From NCBI GenBank assembly GCA_964016885.1, contig OZ024756.1:32116001-32180000 (forward strand): 64,000 bases of DNA, written 5' to 3'. The stretch is from Eledone cirrhosa. Lineage: Eukaryota. Each line of letters begins with the position of its first letter. The stretch's first letter is position 1. The translations under genes were made by a program, and so were the position numbers. This document shows positions 29,049 to 42,377 of the stretch, piece after piece. The notes beneath the pieces were generated by a model. That model saw only the letters and a list, made by a program, of their open reading frames with translations. It was not told the origin of the DNA and did not search any database.

Positions 29049-29162
29049 ATAATAATAAACTTGAAGATCCCGTTAAGAGTGAAAGCAGATTCTTTGCTTA
29101 AACTTTAATCTGTTATTTTAATATATATATTGATCAGCTCAATGTTCGATCTGTATCAAGCT

Positions 29163-29238
<76 letters not shown>

Positions 29239-29673
29239 AGCTTGATACAGATCGAACATTGAGCTGATCAATAGCGAAACGCACCTCACCAATCCATAAA
29301 CGTAAGGAAGACATAACAAATCGCCCTTGTATTATTACATATATATATACATATATGTATATATATACGTGTGTGTGTATGTGTGTATGTGTGTGTATAT
29401 GTGTGCATGTGTGAGTGTGTGTTTGTGTATGTGTGTGCGTGTGTCTGTCTGTCTGTCTATATACGATAAATGATATTCCATTGGTTTTCAACTGTGATAT
29501 CAACTGAACATTGAACCTGTATATTAACGTGTAAGTGGTTGAGGACTGTGCAGAGATTGTCTGCCTTAATCTAATTTCCAATCTGAATCTGCGTGACACA
29601 ATATGTGACAAATCTAGACGTTTGAGTTGCAAGTACAATCCATGAGGCTGAAGCCTGCTTAATGTATTGTATC

Positions 29674-29756
29674 TATTGGGTCGTCAAGTATAAAATTTGT
29701 AGAAATCTGTAGAAGAAAAACAAATTGCTACAAATTTAATACTTGACGACTTAATA
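29674..29756. mobile_element. ~80-bp palindromic mariner-type mini-MITE
   Basis: tattgggtcgtcaagtataaaatttgtag...ctacaaatttaatacttgacgacttaata; second copy at 37228-37304. Confidence 0.7.
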
Positions 29757-31452
29757 GTTTGAGCCGAGATATTTATGAAAACATTTACTCAATCTGATAC
29801 GCAGTGAGGTCAAATGTGAGAACTCTCGAATTGCGAAGCGAACATCTTAACCACGCCATTAAAGTGTCAGTTATTTTGAAGACGGCAGGGTGATAATATT
29901 TCATGTAATCTTACTGTTGACTGCTATTTCTAGCAGATCAACATGCACTAATATATTTATCGTTGTTTTTTGTTGTTGTTGTAAATGTTACGTGGCTCAT
30001 AATTCTTTCCTTGATTCAGTTCTTTCTACAATTCCAGTTATAAATTCTATAGAATCCCTCCCAGGCTTTCTTTTAACGAAAAATAGATTTCAAATATTAC
30101 TACTATTTTATTTTTCTCTTCATAACTGTCTCCTTGTCTCTCTTTGTTAGTTTCTTTCTTATTTCTTTCCCTCCCTTTTCTTTATTTCTACCTTCGTTTC
30201 TGTCTTTCTTTGGCGACGACAAGAATATTAAGAGGAAATTGTATCCCAGAGGTTATAATCATGTTAAATACATGACTGCAGAAAATATTAGTAATGAAAA
30301 TATAAAGAATTCCATCGTAGGCACCAGATCAGGAATAGTTTTGAGGTAGTGAGCTGGAGAGCGATGGTGGTGTTGTGATGGTTAGTTTCGATTAGATCGG
30401 ATTTTCATTCATACTTAATACATAATTAATTAATAAGCCTCAGGAAACAATATTAATAATAATGATTTCTTTAATTGGCACAACGCAATTGAATGAGAAA
30501 TGTATGAAAAACAAATTTATGAGAGACAGACAGCTTCTACCTGGCCATTCCTCGTGCCAGAAGTAGCAGCAAAATCTTCCTCAAAACGTACAACAATGAC
30601 GTAAACAAAAGAAGTACACTATGCCGGAATAAACGACTGAATGGTCTACGCTGAATGGTCTACCTTTGTTAATAATTGTTTATAGATCTGCTAGATCAGC
30701 GTTCATATCATAATGGAAAAGTAAACGAGTATCAGTACAGGTTTTCTATCATCGAAGGAAGTACGTCAGACGTAGAAAACACCAATACTTTGAAGTTCCT
30801 TTAAAAAGAAACAAAAGCAACTATTTCAAAAAATTTACACAGACACCAAATAATATAAGTAGCAAATATACCAGCTTATATACGGAAGACATTGATCCTA
30901 AACTACAAACAGAAATATAAATTCATTCTCCACAAGGCACGTTCTTTGTAATGGCGAAACTATAGCCGAGTCATGATTATTGTGTTCTACATGATCATAA
31001 TAGAAAACAAAGCAATGAAGATAGGATATACACTAGGTATGTGAACATTTCAGAATAGACAAATTAGGATATGTCAAGAAAGAAAACATAGAATAGAATT
31101 CTGGATGAACTTTTATTCAACATCCAGAACATTCAAAATTAGATTGGTAGATATACTATGACTCAATTAATATGTACAAACAATTCAGATGAAAATATAT
31201 ACACATAATACATCCGTCTACACCAAATACAAGATTAAATTATCTTATTAGTATTGAAACAGTGAAAGTTCTCACACATACAGAATATCACAGACGAAAT
31301 CGATTCTCAGATGAACAGTTTCATGTTCCTTTACAAATGGAGCATTATATAACAAACAACAACATAAAATAAAAAATGCGCTTCAGCAGAAATAACGTGT
31401 ATCCCTCAAATTACTGGTGTAGCTGAAGTGTTCCAATACAACCCCACCACAC

Positions 31453-31522
<70 letters not shown>

Positions 31523-31745
31523 CAAGGTTTAGCAAATAAGAAAAAGTTTTAAAATAAATTTTAAAAATTTCACTGTATCTGCTATGGTTACCTTTACCGA
31601 TATATATATAAATGCATATATACTGTAAAAGTTAAATAAAAATTAAGTGGAAATATCCAAGAGTAAGAGCACTAAATCCATAGGACAAGTTTACTATAAA
31701 TAGTTACAAGAGTGATATAAACAGGTACTCAAGTTTCGTTGGGTT

Positions 31746-31793
31746 CAGGCTGAAGAAATTGGGGCCCAGAATCCAACGAAACTTGAGTACCTG
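31746..31793 (+). ncRNA. Type I minimal hammerhead ribozyme motif
   Basis: cagg CTGAAGA aattgg-ggcccagaat-ccaac GAAA cttgag TA cctg. It lies within inverted arms 31711-31746/31769-31804 between TA tracts. Confidence 0.7.
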
Positions 31794-31846
31794 TTTATAT
31801 CACTGTTGTAATTATTTATACACACACACATACATGTATATATATG

Positions 31847-31911
<65 letters not shown>

Positions 31912-31915
31912 TAAT

Positions 31916-32098
31916 ATATAAGATCACAAGATGGTTAAAAGAGTTCCATGTATTTTATTATGCGCATTTCAAAAACAAATATCATCATGCAATAACATTT
32001 GATCTTATATATTATGTATACTCCAGTCCTACAAACTGTAGAGTGCTTCTTATCCGATATCTGCATTGCTTTATTGTACTACAATAAAACTCACCTCC

Positions 32099-32103
<5 letters not shown>
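31916..32103. mobile_element. Family B pLTR-like fragment with inverted junction
   Basis: Near-identical to 44232-44410; contains the 3' half of the family B hammerhead on the minus strand; flanked by (TA)n. Confidence 0.75.
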
Positions 32104-32156
<53 letters not shown>

Positions 32157-32619
32157 ATAGATAATGTACCAGATTGCACGTCATTGCAGTGGTTGATGAG
32201 GTGAGAATGCAGTTGTCCGTTGGTCATCTGTAACACTATTCATTTTCTGCTTATACAATATATATCACACAATTCAACATTTAGATATTTATGTATTTGT
32301 AAATTAAAACAAAAAGCAAAGAACAAAAAGATCACCTCTTAACCGCTAGGTCTTACGAATCGATGAACAATATCTATGCGGAATTCTAAAGAGTGATAGA
32401 TATATATGGCTCCATAGATAGAGGGATGGAGAGAGAGAGAAAGAGGGAAGAGCGATAGAAATAGTAAAGAGATTGATAAGAAACGTCTAGACGGAATCAG
32501 GTATATATATATTATTAGTACAGATTAAAAGTTTAACCAATTAATTTCTGCTTTCACCCCAAGCGGGATCACCTGAACACTGAGAAAAATCAATCCGTGT
32601 TTATTATTAATAATATGGC

Positions 32620-32712
<93 letters not shown>

Positions 32713-32792
32713 TGTATAGATAAATAGTCACACAAAGAAAGAGAGTAAGACAGAGAGCGAGAGTGAGACACAGAAAGAGCGAAATAATGAGA

Positions 32793-32894
<102 letters not shown>

Positions 32895-33419
32895 ACGAGT
32901 GAGTGAGATAACGAAACCGTTATAGACACAGAAAGATAGAGTGGTAGTAAGATACAGATAGAGAGAAAGAAAGATTTGGAGAGGCAGAGTAACAGCGAGA
33001 GGAGAAAGAGATACTTAACGTACATCACAGTATTACATATTTTATAGTGAGATATTATTGAGCTATTTTAGTGTATCGTCCATTTTGTTTCGTATGTTTT
33101 TTTCGTTTCTGTTTTGTTTTGTTAAGGAGGGAACATTCCGAATGTTGAAAATATATTCTAACCAATATTATTAGAATCAGAATAAAATCGATATTGCCGA
33201 CCCAAAGTCCCATCACGGAAATACGGTATAAATCTCAGAGCGAATTGCTTTTGGAAACAAAACCAGAAAAAATGTAACATAAGAAAAAAATAATAAAAAA
33301 CAATCGCATGAAACGTAAAAATGAGAACCTTACAAACATTTTCTGATATAAAATGTAAATTAAACTTCAATTTCTAGGAAACATTTGCATTAAACAAACG
33401 CAAATAATCCCCATAACAA

Positions 33420-33480
33420 ACACATATACTCTTTCAAGAGCACGCAATGATATACACACTAACGTACACAGATACTTTAT

Positions 33481-33511
<31 letters not shown>

Positions 33512-33607
33512 ATATACAAACATATACTGTTTCAAGAGCACGCAATAATATACACACGTATACAGAGACTTTATCTCACATACACAGTTACGTACACAGA
33601 GACTTTA

Positions 33608-33664
<57 letters not shown>

Positions 33665-34060
33665 TTCTGCTTCAAGAGCACGCAATGATATACACACTGA
33701 CGTACATAGGGACTTTATCTCACGCACGCACACATACACACACACATACTCTTTCAAGAGCATGCAATCATACACACACTTACGTACACAGAGAGTTTAT
33801 CTCACACACGCAAACACACACATATACTTTTAGAGAGTACACAATGATATACACACTTACATACACTGACCCTTTATCTCACACACACACGCACATATAC
33901 TGTTTCAATAGTACGCAATAATATACACACTGACGTACACAGATACATTATCTCACACACACACAAACACACACTTATAGTGTTTCATGAGCACGCAATA
34001 ATATACACACTGACGTACACAGAGACATTATTTCACACACACATACACACTCATACACAC
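33420..34060. repeat. Composite tandem array: conserved ~55-bp unit separated by variable (CA)n
   Basis: About 8 copies of ttcaagagcacgcaatgatatacacactgacgtacacagagactttatc followed by CA runs. Confidence 0.9.
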
Positions 34061-34757
34061 ACATATACACAAGCATTCATATAGTTATACACAGAGAGAC
34101 ACAGAAGCTCATATACAATCACACGCATATATAATTTCATGATGAAACACTTAAACACACAAGCATACATACAGACGTGTATAGTTTCATCCTCCCGAAA
34201 TAATACAAAGAGACTTATATACATACACAATTTCACGATCTCACATGAATAGTCATACATACATATTTGCAAACATGCAATGATATAAGAAAACGTACAC
34301 GCACCCGCTACCGATACACACGCACACTCACATACAAACACACACGCATACACATACACATACACACACATACCTACCAAACCACTCACATCATTCCCAA
34401 ACATAAACAAACACGCAAGAATATTTCCAGAAATTGCATTGGAAAAATAAAACTAATTTCACACTAATGTATAGGAATGTACACCCGCAAGCACACACAA
34501 ACTTACACACGTTCACGCATATACGCGCATATACACGCACACATACACAAACACATACATACACAAACATTTATGTATATATATATATATATATTTGAAT
34601 ATGTATAGAATATATGTATAGAATATATATATAAATATATATGTAGAGAGAGAGATATACTTATATACAAATATCTCTCTCTCACTATATATATACATAC
34701 ATATTTATATATATATATATAAATGCATATATATGCATATATATGTATATATATGTG

Positions 34758-34790
<33 letters not shown>

Positions 34791-34860
34791 GCATATATGC
34801 GTATATATATATATATGATGTATATATAGAAAATATATATATATATATATATATTATATG

Positions 34861-34900
<40 letters not shown>

Positions 34901-34937
34901 GTGTATATATAAATAAATATATAATCATATATATATG

Positions 34938-35004
<67 letters not shown>

Positions 35005-35181
35005 ATATATATATATATACATGTATATATATATATATGAATATACATATATTTATAAATATATATGCATGCATATATACATAAATATATGTATATGTAT
35101 GTATATATATACTTATATACAAATATCTCTCTCTCTATATATATACACATATATATTTATATATATATATGTGCATATATA

Positions 35182-35295
<114 letters not shown>

Positions 35296-35509
35296 TGTGT
35301 GTGTGTGAGTGTGTGTGTCTATTTGTGTACATGGAAACTTGTCCATCTATTTACTCTCTCAAAGTGTTGAGTACGTTTTACAGTTTTAAATCTATTTTAT
35401 TTGTTTTCCTGATTTTACATTTTTTTTTATTTATTTCATTTATTTATCTACGTATTTATTGAGTTTTCACTCACTACATATGTTTTTGTTCTTATTGTTG
35501 ATGATGTTC

Positions 35510-36282
35510 CTATTATTGTTGTTGTTGTTGTTGTTATTGTTGTTATTGTTGTTATTGTTGTTATTGTTGCTGTTGGTGTTGTTGTTGTTATTCTTGTTGG
35601 TGGTGTTGGCGTTGTTATTGCAGTTGTAATTATTGATGGCGTTACTCTTGTTGCTGATGGTGAGTGGGTGACATTGTCGTTGTTGGTGTTATTGGTGTTA
35701 GTTTTGTTGTTGTTGTTGTTGTTGCTGGCGGTGTTATGTTTGTCGCTGTTGTTTTTTGTTGTTGCTGGTGGTGTTATGTTTGTTGTTGTTGTTGTTGTTG
35801 TTGTTGCTGTGGTTCGTGCTATTGCTGTTGTTGTTTTTTGTTGTTGTAGTTGGTGTTGCTGGTGGTGGTGTCGTTTTTGTTTTTGTTGTACCAGTCACGC
35901 ACTGGGGTCGATTTAAACGACTTTCCCCTCCCCCAAAATTGCTGGCATCGTGTCTACATAAGAAACCATTATTATTGTTGCTGTTGCTGTTGGTGGTGGT
36001 GGCGGTGGTGTTATTTCTGTTGTTGTTTATGTTGTAGTTGTTGGTATTATTGATGTTACTGTTGTTGGTGTTGTTGTTGGAGGTGTTGCTGTTATTTCTG
36101 TTGTAGTTGTTGGTATTATAGATGTTGCTGTTGTTGGTGTTGTTGTTGGAGGTGTTGCTGTTATTTCTGTTGTAGTTGTTGGTATTATTGATGTTGCTGT
36201 TGTTGGTGTTGTTGTTATTGTTGGTGTTGTTGTTATTGTTGGTGGTGTTATTTCTCTTGTTGCTGTTGTCGTTGTTGTTGCA
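35510..36282. repeat. Degenerate (GTT)n tract with an embedded SINE 3' piece (about 35888-35975) and 69-bp internal repeats
   Basis: Visible composition; taccagtcacgcactggggtcgatttaa...agaaaccattatt is the SINE tail seen elsewhere. Confidence 0.85.
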
Positions 36283-36794
36283 TTTAGTAATAGCTTAATA
36301 TTACCCTACAAATTGCAGGTAACAGATTAGAAGCCAAACATAAGCTGTCAATATTTTTATTTGAAATCATCTAATATGGTACATGTGTGTTTTTGTGAGA
36401 TCTTTAATGGTTTACTTTGTAGATTCCACATGTGAATATCTGCAATGTAGTAACATAACGACAACACAAACAATAAAAATAACAACATCAACAACAACAA
36501 CAGAAAAAAACAACAACAACATCAACATTAAAAACAACAACAACAACAGAAATAACAACAACCACAACAACAGCAGAAGCAACAACAGCAACAACAATCA
36601 CTACTACAGCAACAACAACATCAACATACTAATAGCAGTAAACCTAAGCTGCGAAGCAATGGGTCCGACACTTTACCGATACTCGAAATAATAATAATAA
36701 TAATTTTAAACGAAGAAGAAGAAGAAGAAGAAGAAGAAGAAGAAGAAGAAGAAGAAAGAAAATCCATAAATAATTATGCGAACAAGTGAATAAT

Positions 36795-36857
<63 letters not shown>

Positions 36858-37565
36858 ATATATATATATATAAAACCACCACCAACAACAACAACACGAA
36901 ATATAAATTTGATGTTACTACATTATATAATTAAAAGCGAATACAAAAACTTAATGGCGGCATCCTAACGTTTAACTTTCAACGATAAACCATATAACAG
37001 TTTCATGAAATATGTGTCAAAATTTCGGTCGGTAAAACTACCAACTTCTGATGGGAAATGATCTATATCCATCTTCATTTGTAAGGAAACAAAAAATGAT
37101 TGGAAAGTACACTTTAGATATTGGTTCGTAATCTATATTACTCAGGAATTCAGAAATTTAACTAAAATGCCTCCTGTAGAAATATTTAAAAGTCTGTGAT
37201 GGAAGGCGTCTATATTGCGCTGGAAATTAATGGGCGTCAAGTATGAAATTTATAGAAATTTGTTTTTTTTCTAGAAATTTCTCCAAATTTCATACAGCCC
37301 AATAAATTCCTTTCCTCATTTATCGTAATAGTTTTTTTCATAATGAGATTTAATGACAGAATTCTCCTTGAATATATTTCGCCGTATCTCACTACAACCT
37401 CTTCACGCGTTACCATTACAACTTTCTATTTCCCAAAGAAAATATTGGTCGTAATACTTTTGAAACATTTACGTTTCCATCCAAAGATTGATATTTTTTT
37501 TAGTTTCAGAAGATTCCGCTTTAGGGTAAAATCAAAAATATTTTACTTACATTTTTAATCTGTGC

Positions 37566-37614
<49 letters not shown>

Positions 37615-37616
<2 letters not shown>

Positions 37617-37975
37617 TTTCTTTATTAACCACAAGGGTTTACATAAAGTAGACATTAAGGACAGTGCAGGGCAATACAGGACGGTACAAATGGGCATTTC
37701 TGCGGTACAAAACATAGGATGTAACAAAAAAATAAAAATGAAAAATTCCCCAATAGGGGGGAGACTTCGGAGGGACATTTGTGGAGAAAGCCCAGTAAAA
37801 GGCCACAGTGACCCTGACCACCAAGGCAAGTGCCCTCTCCCAGTTTTCGACCTTTAATTTACAGACACATACTCAGAGTAGGCCCATTCACTCGGGCCAT
37901 TCTTGCTTCTCTCACCCATCTTTCAACAAAATGCTGGGAAGAGAGCACTTCCTTCTCTACTCTGATTTTCCTTGA
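37615..37975 (-). mobile_element. 3' end of Tx1/L1-like LINE
   Basis: Minus frame RKIRVEKEVLSSQHFVERWVREARMARVNGPTLSMCL* aligns by eye with the 2526 frame. The tail cccttgtggttaataaagaaatc runs into (ATT)n. Confidence 0.65.
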
Positions 37976-38004
37976 CCCTAATAATAATAATAATATATTA
38001 TATA

Positions 38005-38118
38005 TAGAAAGTGAGTTTTTTTTACAAAATGCAAAATAACCGAGGTGTCCTACACGAGTGAAAGTATATATTTAAAAAAAAATAAGACTCCAGTTGCATT
38101 TTCGATTTCATCTTTTTT

Positions 38119-38124
<6 letters not shown>
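38005..38124. mobile_element. Family D pLTR-like fragment with inverted junction
   Basis: Two opposite-orientation pieces of the sequence at 62385-62503; flanked by TA repeats. Confidence 0.7.
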
Positions 38125-38161
<37 letters not shown>

Positions 38162-38437
38162 TATTTATACATATATATATATATAAACGGAATAGAATGA
38201 AACGAAATTTCATTTCTCACTCTTAGTACGGCACTTACTTAAATGTAAGTATGTATGTATGTATACGTACATACATATATGTATACAGACGTACATATAA
38301 TAAATGACGAGCATTATAATAAATGTTCGGTAAACCGATACGTGCATATGTATATATATATGTGCATGTATGTATATATATACATACTATAGTACGTCTG
38401 TATACATATATGTATGTACGTATACATACATACTTAC

Positions 38438-38492
<55 letters not shown>

Positions 38493-38524
38493 TATGTAAT
38501 TTTACATATATACATGGCTACAGA

Positions 38525-38590
<66 letters not shown>

Positions 38591-39526
38591 TATGTAATTT
38601 TACATATATACATGGCTACAGACGCATATATATATATATATATACACACTTATATTTATATATGTATATATTTATATATGCATGTTTCCAGAAATAATTC
38701 ACACTTCGACATCCTAATATCGTCATGAATGAATGGATATAACATAGACACTATAGCTTAAACCAATGACCATAGACAGGAGAAAATTTAATATATATTT
38801 ATTCTGAGGATCAGCATAGCCATTCATGGATTTACAACATTCTTGACATGTAGCTTTGATGAAATACTTCTACTTGTAATATATTGGCAAAATTTATATT
38901 TCTGCTTTAGCAGAAGACGAAGCAGTTTTTAATTTACTTCCATATTTTCATTTATCAAAATGTTATATAGGTCAAAACACCTAGAAGAAATACCTCGCTC
39001 GAACCTCGTCTTTCATGAACGGTTCTAACCCCCGACATTTTGTTAATAAACTTAGTTTCTGTTTAAAAAAAGAAATGGAAGCAGTCAGATTAGTAGATTA
39101 GCAGATTGGTCAAGAACTATCTTTGTTATATTTTAAAGTGAAGTGGCGAGGTGTAGTGTGGTGTTAATATAGTGTGTTGGTTTCCCCAGAGGTCTAGTGC
39201 TGATTTGAAGAACATGCTTTTTCATTAAAGGCTACTTTTAACGCCAGAGTGAAAGACATAAACTGAAAGGTACGAGAAAAACTTTATAATCAAACAGATT
39301 AATAAATTTGAAAAGTACCTCAATAACTATTACACCTGTACAATTCCATGTAAGGATTGTTTCACTAATTCACAGCAAAGATCACATTATCCATAGTTCT
39401 TCAGTGGGTGTTTTCAGATTATGTGGCTTGTGCAACTTAGCTGTGCATGTTTCCAGACTTATTCATGTTGTGGATGAAATATCAGAAGAGGCTTAACACG
39501 GGGATTCATTATTTTAATAAGCACAC

Positions 39527-39711
39527 GGGCGGTGGATTGGCAGTATCGGTAGAGGGTTGGACGCCATGCTTTCCAGCATAGTTACGTCACTTTACGATCT
39601 GAGTTCAAATCCCGCAGAGGTTGACTTTGCCTTTCATCCTTACGGGGTCGATAAAATAAAGTACCAGTAATGCACTGGGTAATTGCTGGCCTTGTGCCTA
39701 AAGTAGAAACA
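39527..39711 (+). mobile_element. Full-length tRNA-derived SINE with Nin/Deu-type core and 19-bp TSD
   Basis: B-box gagttcaaatcc; core tttgcctttcatccttacggggtcgataaaataaagtaccag; tail ggccttgtgcctaaagtagaaac. TSD attattttaataagcacac at 39508-39526 and 39712-39730. Confidence 0.85.
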
Positions 39712-39769
39712 ATTATTTTAATAAGCACACATGTTTATTATATAATATATAATATCGTATAATATAATA

Positions 39770-39983
39770 TAATTGTTTCTACTTTTGGCACAAGGCCAGC
39801 AATACCCAGTTCATTACTGGTACTTCATTTTATCGACCCCATAAGGATGAAAGGCAAAGTTAACCTCGGCGGGATTTATAATATAATATAATATAATATA
39901 ATATAATATAATATAATATAATATAATTGTTTCTACTTTAGGCGCAAGTCCAGCAATTACCCAGTGCATTACTGGTACTTTAT
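39770..39983 (-). mobile_element. Two truncated copies of the same SINE within an (AATAT)n tract
   Basis: aattgtttctacttt...gcacaaggccagcaat...ctggtacttt twice. Further copies at about 17030-17300, 18968-19068, 19975-20110, 22642-22810, 23500-23668, 25353-25450, 45110-45400 and 47750-47955. Confidence 0.8.
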
Positions 39984-40663
39984 TGTAATATAATATATAA
40001 CACAATATAATAGGATATGATATCAATATATTTTCCACACGAAACAATTGATTACTAAACCATTGTGTAATTAAGTAAGAATAATTGACACTATGTGTTG
40101 CGTTTATATTTTCATATAAGTCGCCATAGAATGTAAAATTATTAAAAAGATATATATATATATATATTTGTTATCATTTTCACATATATGACTTCGCGTA
40201 GTTAATTTTTCATGCGGATTAAGGAACATTTCGCTATCTATTATTTTAACAAATGAAAACTTAAAAATAGAGAGAGAAAAATATTTCCTTTTAGAATGGA
40301 TAAAAGGAATATGAAAATAAAACGAAAAAAATAAAGACCCTATCACAAGACAATGTTTTACGAGTAGCTATTATGTTTAATTTATTTGTGTATATATTTT
40401 AAAGTGTATCAGAAAAATATGCGATAATATTTCTTGTGTTCATTTAAAGCTTCGGTTTGTTTTAAAAAAAAATCTACTTAAATTAGAAGGAAGCTACATC
40501 AATTTCAACGATGAGTGTTCCAGCTGTTTCAAACAGTTCTAGGCCTGTAGAAGCCAATGTTATATTAAACTTGATGTTTACACTCTACTAATTTATTAAG
40601 AATCTTTCTAACTGTGGTTACTCCCGATTGAACCCGAGACTCAAACCCCCACACACATACTCT

Positions 40664-40897
40664 ATAGTGGAGCTGTGATCTCTCAATTCGGAGAAGTAAC
40701 GGTTCTATCAGAAGTGACTCAGTGATCTTCTAGCTATTCACTCTATCCAGTAACTTTACTCCAAAGACCCTTCGGAGGAACCCCATTTCATCTACTTGCA
40801 TTCATCATCGTATTCTTTCGATCATTACCCAATTTTCGTAACCATAGGTAAAGTTTGGCAAGAATACCGAATTGAAGATAGCGAGTTTGGCTTTCAC
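40664..40897 (-). mobile_element. RTE-clade LINE fragment (Rex3/Expander-like region downstream of the RT core), decayed
   Basis: VKAKLAIFNSVFLPNFTYGYENWVMIERIR**MQVDEMGFLRRVFGVKLLDRVNS*KITESLLIEPLLLRIERSQLHY matches the RTE consensus P.LTYG.E.W...EM.FLRR..G...DRV...EPLLL.IERSQL. Confidence 0.85.
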
Positions 40898-41269
40898 ACC
40901 TACATCGTTTCATCTGATTACTGAATTCTGAAAATAGTCAAAGACTAAAAGCAAATAACACTGTTCAACTAGTTTCAACTAATCAGACCGTTTATATGAA
41001 TTTTGAACCGAAGGCAAACTCGTTTCAACATATTCTCTTGCCAATGCCTACAGTAATAGAGAGAACTGATATATATATTTCTATTGAATTACAGATATTT
41101 TTGTCTGTTTGGTAAACGGAAGAGACCTTACTTTAGCAGTGATAATATTGTATAATTTTAACAGATTAGTCTGGTGCGACGAAATATTTGACAACTTTAC
41201 GATTACACTCAACGTACATACATTCATTTAGAGAAACATACATACATATATATACATACATAAATGGTG

Positions 41270-41843
41270 GTGGCTGCCAACTCGTTTTCAAGTACGGCCA
41301 CTACTTTATATCCATGTAGGAGAACCCCTACCGATGCGCTGAACGAGTGTGACTTTTTAGTCCAGCCAGCGACTTGAAAACTCTGGTACAAACACTACAC
41401 TTGTGACAATTATTGACACATAGTGCTGGGCCAATGGTACCATGTGACGACAAGTGCAGAGAGATCTCCAGATACAAAGCAATGCCTGTGCCGTGAAGCT
41501 TTTATAGTGAGCAAAGGCACTGCACAAAGCCAGTCCCACTCTCTTAACCAAGATGATATTTACCAAAAAGAAGAACAAGTCAACATCATTGGATACCATC
41601 AGGGTTGCAGGTGTTATATCAGAGTTTTCCTTCTCCTAGAATTCTGCCTTGACAAGGGCTAAGGGGTCATCTCTCCTGGTGATTTTGGATGGCCATTGAC
41701 TGTTAAGAGCTCCTTTGCCCTTTGACAGGTTTTGTTTTTAGTCCTGCAGGATGTCCAAAGTCACCCTCCTCACCAAGAAACCTTGGTGGGGTTGCTAGTT
41801 TAGTCGCCAACGACCCGACCATGAGACAGGTTGTATTGGGATA
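41270..41843 (-). mobile_element. Probable 5' region of an RTE-type retrotransposon
   Basis: GC-richer island; minus strand has ttagcccttgtcaaggcag...ctaggagaaggaaaactctga, a motif I recall from RTE 5' regions (not verified). Confidence 0.45.
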
Positions 41844-41954
41844 CATACATACATGCATACATACATACATACATATATAGATAACGTCATCGGTGTGAAG
41901 AACCGGTAGATATCAAAGTAAAACAATGCTTGATGCATGGTGAAATACAGAGAG

Positions 41955-42058
<104 letters not shown>

Positions 42059-42377
42059 TGGGATAACAAGTTATCGTTATAGGTAATTCAGTTATAGGTA
42101 ATTCAGGTTGTGAGTACTCCGTATTGTGGATAGTTTTAACGTACGGTTTTGTTTGACTCAACAAGTTGTTTCCATAGTTAGGTAGCGAGTTCGCGTAAAT
42201 TCCTGTGCAGGTTATACTTGGAGTAATAATAGTGAAAGATTGAAGAGTAACATGGGCGGATGTACAACAAGGGGTTTTATTTCAAGTATTAACAATTGTT
42301 TCATTGATCAGGTGAGTCTAAAGGGCGATAATCACTCAAAGTTGCGTCACTCGACCTTCTGTACCTCTTTATCATTA

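Noticed and set aside
32195-32245. TTGATGA...GTAA hammerhead-like stretch
   Set aside because: Core mismatches are non-compensatory and stem I is absent.
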